Assembly: GCA_945888995.1 (NCBI GenBank)
Contig: CAMDBA010000003.1
Location: 64,279 to 128,278, forward strand
Direction: 5' to 3'
DNA length: 64,000 bases
From: a bacterium UBP8_UBA817
GTDB taxonomy: Bacteria; Margulisbacteria; Marinamargulisbacteria; CAMDBA01
The notes under the pieces were generated by a model that did no database searches, was not told where the DNA came from, and saw only the letters and a list, made by a program, of their open reading frames with translations. A program made the position numbers and the translations under genes. Below, piece after piece: positions 41,812-48,314 of the stretch; the first letter of the stretch is position 1, and the number at the start of each line of letters is the position of its first letter.

Positions 41812-42403
41812 CATCATTATCTGTATTTTTATAGTGACAGGAACAGCGCAAGTACAAGCCGACAGCTTGTATGATCGTAATCAGCCTTCCTTATTCAGCA
41901 CGGCCCGTCCTCCTAAAATCGGGGACGTGATCACCGTCTATGTGTCAGAAGCCTCTTCAGCGGCACAACAAGCCGGCACTAACACCTCTAAATCATCCAG
42001 CATTCAGGGAACATTTACTGATATCTGGAATCAGGTAGCCAACCCCGGCAGCAGCGAATCTTCACGTAAAGACAAGCAGATACAAATCGGCGGGGGTGAC
42101 AAGTATACCGGCGCAGGTAAAACTACCCGTACAAGCCAAGTCAAAGCCATTGTATCCGTAATGGTGACAGAAATCCTGGAAAACGGAAACCTATACATCG
42201 TCGGCGACCATCAGGTCAAAGTAAATGACGAAGCCGAAACCATTCACATTACAGGCATCATCCGTCCGATCGATATCGGACCTAACAACAGCATTTATTC
42301 GTACCAAATCGCCAAAGCCGAGGTTTCGGTTAAAGGCACCGGTGTTGTAGCTTCTAAGCAAACACCCGGCATCCTCACAAAAATGTTTGATTGGTTATTC
42401 TAA
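41786..42403 (+). CDS. flgH: flagellar L-ring protein FlgH
   Basis: Signal peptide then DSLYD, and FlgH core motifs (GDVITVYVSE, GNLYIVGDHQVKVNDE, ITGIIRPIDI). Confidence 0.9.
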   Translation: MCILRLLFSIIICIFIVTGTAQVQADSLYDRNQPSLFSTARPPKIGDVITVYVSEASSAAQQAGTNTSKSSSIQGTFTDIWNQVANPGSSESSRKDKQIQIGGGDKYTGAGKTTRTSQVKAIVSVMVTEILENGNLYIVGDHQVKVNDEAETIHITGIIRPIDIGPNNSIYSYQIAKAEVSVKGTGVVASKQTPGILTKMFDWLF

Positions 42404-43489
42404 ATGATATTAAAAAAACTAGCCCTCTGTTTATTAATTGTCTTACTCTTTTCTCAAACACTTCACGCGGAAGCTCAGCCTGTAAGGCTCAAAGATATTG
42501 GTAAAATCATCGAAGACAGGGGCAATCAGCTCTTAGGATTCGGATTGGTTGTAGGGTTACGGGGAAGCGGAGATTCCAGAGCCTCATTGTTCACGACAAA
42601 AGCCTTGACCAATTTACTTAAAAAATTGGGAATCACACCGGATGAGAAAGACTACTCATCACGAAATGTCGCAGCCGTTATGGTCACGACAACGCTGCCT
42701 GCTTTCGTGAAAAAAGGCCAGCAAATTCCCGTTGTCGTTTCCTCAATCGGAGATAGCACCAGCTTAGTCGGAGGAACCTTGCTGCTAACACAGCTTCAGG
42801 GATCGGACCTCGTGACCTATGCCGTAGCACAAGGACCCATTGTAGTCGGTGGATTTTCCGAGCAAACCTCTCGAGTGATGTATTCAAAGAACCAGTCTAC
42901 CGTAGGAAGCATTCCTCAAGGCGCGATTGTTGAAACCGAAATCCCGACAACCCTTCTGGATAGCACGAGCATCACCATTGTATTAAACAGAGCGGATTTT
43001 TTAACCGCCTCACGTGCAGCAAAAGCCATTCAAAACGCAGGCTTCCCAGGTGCCGTTGCGCTGGACTCCAACACCATTCGCATCCCTGTGCCAATACTCG
43101 ACAGTACGACATTCGTCGATACGGTGGCCCGATTGGAAAGTATTAAATTCGTACCGGATTCATCATCAAAAATTGTCGTAAATTCAAAAACCGGCACCAT
43201 TGTTATTGGTGAAATGGTCCGCTTATCTCCGGTGGCGATTACACACGGCAATATTTCAGTAAAAATTGCCGATCCCGATGAGTTCGGCTATATGCCAATA
43301 GAGGCCACTGAAGCCCCGTTAATTGTCAAAGAAAATGCAAGCAAACTTATTTATTTAAAACCAGATTCAACATTATCCAGCCTTGTAAAAGCGCTTAATG
43401 ACATCGGCGCAACGCCTAAAGATCTCATTTCCATTATCCAGGCGCTCAAAGAAGCCGGTGCGCTGGTTGCCACGATTGAAGTTTTATAG
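42404..43489 (+). CDS. flgI: flagellar P-ring protein FlgI
   Basis: Signal peptide, then VRLKDIGKIIEDRGNQLLGFGLVVGLRGSGD, and a C-terminal LNDIGATPKDLISIIQALKEAGAL. Confidence 0.95.
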   Translation: MILKKLALCLLIVLLFSQTLHAEAQPVRLKDIGKIIEDRGNQLLGFGLVVGLRGSGDSRASLFTTKALTNLLKKLGITPDEKDYSSRNVAAVMVTTTLPAFVKKGQQIPVVVSSIGDSTSLVGGTLLLTQLQGSDLVTYAVAQGPIVVGGFSEQTSRVMYSKNQSTVGSIPQGAIVETEIPTTLLDSTSITIVLNRADFLTASRAAKAIQNAGFPGAVALDSNTIRIPVPILDSTTFVDTVARLESIKFVPDSSSKIVVNSKTGTIVIGEMVRLSPVAITHGNISVKIADPDEFGYMPIEATEAPLIVKENASKLIYLKPDSTLSSLVKALNDIGATPKDLISIIQALKEAGALVATIEVL

Positions 43490-43492
43490 CCT

Positions 43493-43831
43493 ATGAGCAG
43501 CTTCGATCTGTCGCCGGTTTTTTCCCAGATAAATACCATTTCGCAGGCTAACTACTCAAAAATGGATAAAACGGAAAGAGCGAATGTCGAATTCCAAACC
43601 TTTTTGCTAAAAGAAATTTATCTTAAGTCTCTCGTCGCAAAATCTGAATTAATGAATGATGATGAGGAAGAAGCAGCAAACGAAGATCGGGATAGCAATA
43701 TTCCCAATCTCTCAAAAGGCCAAGTAGATACATATAATGACATTATGACTAACAACTTAGCTTATAAACTCGCTAAAGAAGATGTGTTCGGATTTAATAG
43801 GGTATTACAAAAAAGGGGGCCTAGTCTCTGA
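43493..43831 (+). CDS. rod-binding protein (FlgJ N-terminal domain-like, no muramidase domain)
   Basis: 112 aa. EFQTFLLKEIYLKSL and a C-terminal NNLAYKLAKEDVFGFNRVL resemble the rod-binding domain. Position directly after flgI. Confidence 0.55.
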   Translation: MSSFDLSPVFSQINTISQANYSKMDKTERANVEFQTFLLKEIYLKSLVAKSELMNDDEEEAANEDRDSNIPNLSKGQVDTYNDIMTNNLAYKLAKEDVFGFNRVLQKRGPSL

Positions 43832-43875
43832 GCCAGAAACAAGCCGTTAATATCGATAATTTAAAACATCAAGAA

Positions 43876-44589
43876 GTGGTTCAAAAAAAACACCAGGAAA
43901 AAATCCCGGCAGAATTTATTGAAGAACACCTCTCGATTATTGAGTCCGTCGCATCTGGCTTATCGGTAGGTGGCAAGCTGCCGCCCGGCATTGTTTTCGA
44001 AGATCTGGTCAGTTGGGGCGTCGAAGGTATTATTAAAGCCCGTAAGAGCTATGATCCGGATAAAGGCACGCAGTTTACAACCTATGCCTATTATCGGATC
44101 CGAGGCGAAATGTTGGACCGAATTCGTCGAGAGTGGAATTACCGGAACCCATCCGATTACAAACTCCAACAAGAGCGTATTCAGCAACGCATTGCTGAGA
44201 TGACCCGCGATTCTGTTGATTACGACGAAAACGGTAGCGGATCTGAAGAAGAAAAAGTCTCTCACTTAATCGCCAGTTCTGCCGTTGTATATTTACTTTC
44301 TTTGGAAGACATCAATATCGCCTCAACAATGCACGGCACGATGGACCCCGCAATAGAAGTCATCGACGAAGTGGAGCGGCTTCAAGACAAATCTGATCTT
44401 TGGGCTGAAATTAAAAATTTAGCTGAAGATGAGAAAAAAATCATCGAAATGTTCTACATTCAAGAAATGAAGCAAAAAGATATTGCCGAAAAACTTAACT
44501 TGTCTCGAAGTAAAGTCTGTCGCATTCATATGAAAGTGCTCGAAAAATTACGTCGGCGGCTACAGCGGCGGTTTAACCAACAAAACTAG
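43876..44589 (+). CDS. fliA: flagellar sigma factor FliA (sigma-28 family)
   Basis: Region 2 (FEDLVSWGVEGIIKARKSYDPDKGTQFTTYAYYRIRGEMLD) and a region 4 HTH (QKDIAEKLNLSRSKVCRIHMKVLEKLR). 237 aa, GTG start. Confidence 0.85.
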   Translation: MVQKKHQEKIPAEFIEEHLSIIESVASGLSVGGKLPPGIVFEDLVSWGVEGIIKARKSYDPDKGTQFTTYAYYRIRGEMLDRIRREWNYRNPSDYKLQQERIQQRIAEMTRDSVDYDENGSGSEEEKVSHLIASSAVVYLLSLEDINIASTMHGTMDPAIEVIDEVERLQDKSDLWAEIKNLAEDEKKIIEMFYIQEMKQKDIAEKLNLSRSKVCRIHMKVLEKLRRRLQRRFNQQN

Positions 44590-44593
44590 CGCT

Positions 44594-45025
44594 ATGAAAA
44601 AAAATCTTATCGCTCTTTTTTCTATTTTTTTTATCACACTACTTAGCCCTATCTGGGGTGCGGTAAGTCATAATACACGGACAAGCATCGATCCACCGCG
44701 ACGGCCTACCCTTATCGACAGTGTTATTTATGACCCGGTCTCACAGAAAGTTCGGAACGAAATTTACGCAACCAGTAAACGTCAGTCTGTCTATTCCTAT
44801 AATATTGCCAATTCAGCAACACCCGGATTTCGCCCGGTTCACCTTCCAAACGACCCCTCTGACATGAATACCCTCGGATCGAACGATACTAGTGGAGACT
44901 TTAACCTCGAATCAGAAATGGCCAAAATGAATGATAATAGAATGCGCCAAATGACCTTACTCAAAATCCTGTCGACCCGAAGCGCAATCCGTCAAAAAAT
45001 CATCACCATGGGAAAAGGAGGTTAA
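44594..45025 (+). CDS. flgB: flagellar basal-body rod protein FlgB (with N-terminal signal peptide)
   Basis: Rod motif SYNIANSATPGFRP and a C-terminal helical region. The N-terminus is MKKNLIALFSIFFITLLSPIWGAVS. Confidence 0.8.
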   Translation: MKKNLIALFSIFFITLLSPIWGAVSHNTRTSIDPPRRPTLIDSVIYDPVSQKVRNEIYATSKRQSVYSYNIANSATPGFRPVHLPNDPSDMNTLGSNDTSGDFNLESEMAKMNDNRMRQMTLLKILSTRSAIRQKIITMGKGG

Positions 45026-45027
45026 GT

Positions 45028-45477
45028 ATGCTTAAAGTAGGATTAATCATACTAAGCGGACTACTCATCCTCTCGTCCGGCGCTTGGGCCAACGGTTCGG
45101 ATGAAGCAATGGCCATCAGCACGAAAGGTATTTTAATTCAAAAAGCCCGGCTGAGATTAGTGGCAGAAAACGTTGCCAACGTTAATACGCTCAAGACCTC
45201 TACCGGACGTCCTTATCAGAAAAAAACAGCCTTAGTCGGCTCGGATAAAAACGGGGTAAAGCTGATCGGTATTCAAAAAAGCACTGCGCCGTTCCCTAAA
45301 AGATACGACCCGGCAAATCCTGCGGCGGACGATGAAGGCTTTGTTTATTTACCTAATGTAAATCTTGCAGAAGAAATGGTAGATTTGAGTTATACTAATA
45401 TATTGTATGATGCCAATCTCACTGCATATAAATCAGCTAAGAGCATGTACCAACAAGTTATTGAAATACTTAAATAA
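45028..45477 (+). CDS. flgC: flagellar basal-body rod protein FlgC (with N-terminal signal peptide)
   Basis: Perfect AAGGAGG SD 6 nt upstream. RLRLVAENVANVNT and a C-terminal LPNVNLAEEMVDLSYTNILYDANLTAYKSAKSMYQQVIEI. The N-terminus is MLKVGLIILSGLLILSSGAWANG. Confidence 0.9.
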   Translation: MLKVGLIILSGLLILSSGAWANGSDEAMAISTKGILIQKARLRLVAENVANVNTLKTSTGRPYQKKTALVGSDKNGVKLIGIQKSTAPFPKRYDPANPAADDEGFVYLPNVNLAEEMVDLSYTNILYDANLTAYKSAKSMYQQVIEILK

Positions 45478-45488
45478 AGGAGTCTTAA

Positions 45489-45836
45489 ATGCCCACAATT
45501 GATCCGATCACTTCACTTAACCTCGTAAACAACCTTAAAACAAACACTGTGGAAGAGGTTGTCTCACCTAAAAACGTCGAACCTCTCTTAAGAAAAGAAG
45601 GCCTACATGTCACGCCCTTCCAACAATTTTTGGATCAGGCGGTAGAAGCACTTCAGGGCATCAGTAATATTGAATTCAAAGCCAATGACCTCTCTCAACA
45701 ATATATAGAGGGCACCGCATCCGTCGAAGATGCTGTCTTTTCTACCAGCAAATTAAATATGGCCATGTCATTAGCAACGTCGGTAGTAAACTCCAGCATT
45801 CAAACCTTTAAAGAAATCCAACAGATTCAGGTTTAG
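45489..45836 (+). CDS. fliE: flagellar hook-basal body complex protein FliE
   Basis: 115 aa. F(Q)QFLDQAVE...NDLSQQY and a C-terminal helix ending TFKEIQQIQV. AAAGGAG RBS. Confidence 0.85.
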   Translation: MPTIDPITSLNLVNNLKTNTVEEVVSPKNVEPLLRKEGLHVTPFQQFLDQAVEALQGISNIEFKANDLSQQYIEGTASVEDAVFSTSKLNMAMSLATSVVNSSIQTFKEIQQIQV

Positions 45837-45865
45837 TTTGAGAGACTAGGAAGGAAGGAATAATA

Positions 45866-47542
45866 GTGTCAGACGAAGATATTGATTTAGACGAGGAATC
45901 CTCCTCCCACTCAGGGTTTCTTAGTAAAAAACGACTCTTATTTTTTGGTGTAATTGCAGCAGTATTATTGCTCATTATCTTCTTGGTATTCCTACGCTCT
46001 CCGAGTAATGGAAAAAAGAAAATAATGAACGCCAATTTAACCAAAGAAGAACGGTCGTCGCTTTTACAGGACGAACAGGTTAAAGAACTAGAAGTCGCCC
46101 AAAAAAAAGAGCTAGAACGCCTCTCCAAAGTCAAATACGAAAAGCTATATGAACAGCTATCCGGCGACCAAGCCGCGAATGTATTACAAGAGCTCAGTTT
46201 CGATGGCATTTTGTTCAAGACCGAACAAAAGGGTAAATATTACAACATCATGGTCGACAAAAACCGGTTTGTCGAAGCCCAGAACAAGCTCGCGATCAAA
46301 GGCCTGCCTTCAGGTGGAATCAAAGGCTATGAAATATTCGACAATGCGTCGAATATGGGTGTCACGGAATTCGATAAACGAATCAGGCTGGTTCGTGCAC
46401 TATCCGGTGAGCTTGAAAAAGCCATTATGCAAATTAACGGCATTATCAGTGCCAAGGTCCAAGTGGTTATGCCGGAACAACGGCTATTTACCGTCTCACA
46501 GCCCCCTGTCACAGCCGCCATTCTGATTCGGAAATCACTAGGTAAAGTCATTGATGACGAAATGGTCTATGGCATTATTCAATTGGTTGCGAACGCCGTT
46601 GAAAATCTTCAGCCTGAAAACGTCAGCCTAGTCGATACAGACGGACATGTTCTCTCGACCGGGGTATTTGAGCGCATTGCCGAAAAATACCGTAAAAAGA
46701 ACATTGCACTGCCCTACAGCAACAAATTATACCCCAATCACTTCGCGGATCTTCCTGTCGATGAATTAGGTCTCAATCCCTCAACAGATGACCCGACATT
46801 GCTCGGCGTCCATGACACGGTTAAAAGCTGGCTGAAAGCTCAAAAAGAATACGAAAAAAACCTGACCGAGAAAATTAAGCTCTTTTTAATGGGTCTATTA
46901 CCTGAAAAGAGCTATAAAATCGCGCTCAGCACCGAAGTAAATCCCGAATCCAGCAAAGGATTCGTAATTAAACGTACGTCCGTTGGGATTCTCATCAATA
47001 AAAAATATCCCTCGCTTTATACAACCGCAAAAAAAGCAGAGATTACACGAGCGATTTCCGGTGCAATCGGGTACAATCGTCAACGTGATTTTATCCAAGT
47101 AAACCCTGTTGACTTCTCGTTTTTCACCTCAGAAACGGTCGCAACGCCTGAAATAAAAGCGATTCCACAAGTAGTCGCACCTGTAGTCGTCCTCAAAGCC
47201 CCGGATCAGAAAAAATCGATGGGCATCAAGATGAAGACAGAAAAAGCAACCCAACATTGGGCGCATATACTAAAAAAATACTGGCGCTACATTGCCGTCG
47301 TAGGAGGCGTTATATTAGCCATCGGGCTTGTCGGTTTCTTGATTCGCCGCTGGCGGATCGCCAAATCGCATGAAGTCCACCTCGGCGGAACCAGAGAAAC
47401 AGACTTTTCGTCGATCAGCCGTGAAATTAACGGTGAGAAGAAAATAGAACGGCTCCGAGAGATTGCCCTCCAAAACCCAGCCGCTCTGGCACATCTAATG
47501 GAAGAATGGCTCCAATCCGAATATGAAGAGGTCGCATTATAA
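45866..47542 (+). CDS. fliF: flagellar MS-ring protein FliF
   Basis: N-terminal TM helix, a YscJ/FliF ring-building domain (LSGDQAANVLQELSFDGILFK...), a second TM helix near the C-terminus and a C-terminal FliG-binding helix. GTG start with a GGAAGGAAGGA RBS. Confidence 0.9.
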   Translation: MSDEDIDLDEESSSHSGFLSKKRLLFFGVIAAVLLLIIFLVFLRSPSNGKKKIMNANLTKEERSSLLQDEQVKELEVAQKKELERLSKVKYEKLYEQLSGDQAANVLQELSFDGILFKTEQKGKYYNIMVDKNRFVEAQNKLAIKGLPSGGIKGYEIFDNASNMGVTEFDKRIRLVRALSGELEKAIMQINGIISAKVQVVMPEQRLFTVSQPPVTAAILIRKSLGKVIDDEMVYGIIQLVANAVENLQPENVSLVDTDGHVLSTGVFERIAEKYRKKNIALPYSNKLYPNHFADLPVDELGLNPSTDDPTLLGVHDTVKSWLKAQKEYEKNLTEKIKLFLMGLLPEKSYKIALSTEVNPESSKGFVIKRTSVGILINKKYPSLYTTAKKAEITRAISGAIGYNRQRDFIQVNPVDFSFFTSETVATPEIKAIPQVVAPVVVLKAPDQKKSMGIKMKTEKATQHWAHILKKYWRYIAVVGGVILAIGLVGFLIRRWRIAKSHEVHLGGTRETDFSSISREINGEKKIERLREIALQNPAALAHLMEEWLQSEYEEVAL

Positions 47543-48057
47543 TGATTAGCGGTAAACAAAAAGCCCAATTACTACTTGCCTATCTGGGACCGGTCGGAAA
47601 AAACGTCCTCCAGAAACTTTCTGCTGAAAGCGCCACATTCCTGACCTCCCATGTCGAAAATGTAGCCACCGGTGATCCGGCTTTATTATCGGCTATTTAT
47701 GAAGAAGTCGAAGAAAAATTAACCGAAAGCCCCGCCGACTCGTTCGCACAAACGCAGCAAGAAGATGAAGAAGTCTATTCAGATTTCGGAGATGAAGCCA
47801 GTCCAAGCGAACCCGAAACAGCACCCGCGATTGCGGCCGGATATAATTTCCGACAAATGGCCTCATTACTGACTCATGAAAAACCTCAGATCATTGCATT
47901 TAGCCTTTCAAAAATGGAAGAAAGCTTAAGAAACAATATTATAGAATGCCTTCCTGATGATGTCAGGCAAGACGTGGAGAGGCGTTCGATTGAGGCCATT
48001 CCGCTATCAGACAAGGTATTTGATAGTATCTGGGCTAAGCTGACTAGCGTTAATTAA
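47542..48057 (+). CDS. fliG: FliG-like protein comprising only the N-terminal and middle (ARM-M) domains
   Basis: GKQKAQLLLAYLGPVGKNVLQKLSAE (FliG-N) and LLTHEKPQIIAFSLSKMEESLRNNIIECLPDDVRQDVERR (EHPQ-type middle domain). 171 aa versus about 330 for canonical FliG. ATGA-type overlap with fliF. Confidence 0.65.
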   Translation: MISGKQKAQLLLAYLGPVGKNVLQKLSAESATFLTSHVENVATGDPALLSAIYEEVEEKLTESPADSFAQTQQEDEEVYSDFGDEASPSEPETAPAIAAGYNFRQMASLLTHEKPQIIAFSLSKMEESLRNNIIECLPDDVRQDVERRSIEAIPLSDKVFDSIWAKLTSVN

Positions 48058-48064
48058 TAGATCT

Positions 48065-48089
48065 GAGCACCGGGGGCGCTACGGTGCTC
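48065..48089 (+). terminator. GC-rich hairpin just after the fliG-like stop
   Basis: GAGCACCG (48065-48072) / CGGTGCTC (48082-48089) with a 9-nt loop. Confidence 0.4.
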
Positions 48090-48155
48090 CGTCCCATTGA
48101 TTCACCACTCATTCACTCCGTGGACCCTCCCGGATGGAATCTAGGTATAAACCGA

Positions 48156-48189
48156 ATCCGCCATTCCCCTGAAGACGGGAATGGCGGAT
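48156..48189 (+). terminator. 13-bp hairpin, probable terminator of the flagellar operon
   Basis: ATCCGCCATTCCC (48156-48168) / GGGAATGGCGGAT (48177-48189) with an 8-nt loop. The T-rich tract (TCTGAATTTTT) begins a few nt downstream. Confidence 0.5.
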
Positions 48190-48314
48190 CTATCTCTGAA
48201 TTTTTAACCTGCAATTAAATTCAGATTTACTTACACGTATATCCTTTCCCCCACCCTGATTGTGGATTATAATAACGAGCACTTATTATCCTACTTTCGT
48301 GAAGGAAAATTACT

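Noticed and set aside
45808-46218. 136-aa minus-strand ORF opposite the fliE/fliF junction
   Set aside because: It is antisense to fliF and has a Ser-rich low-complexity translation.
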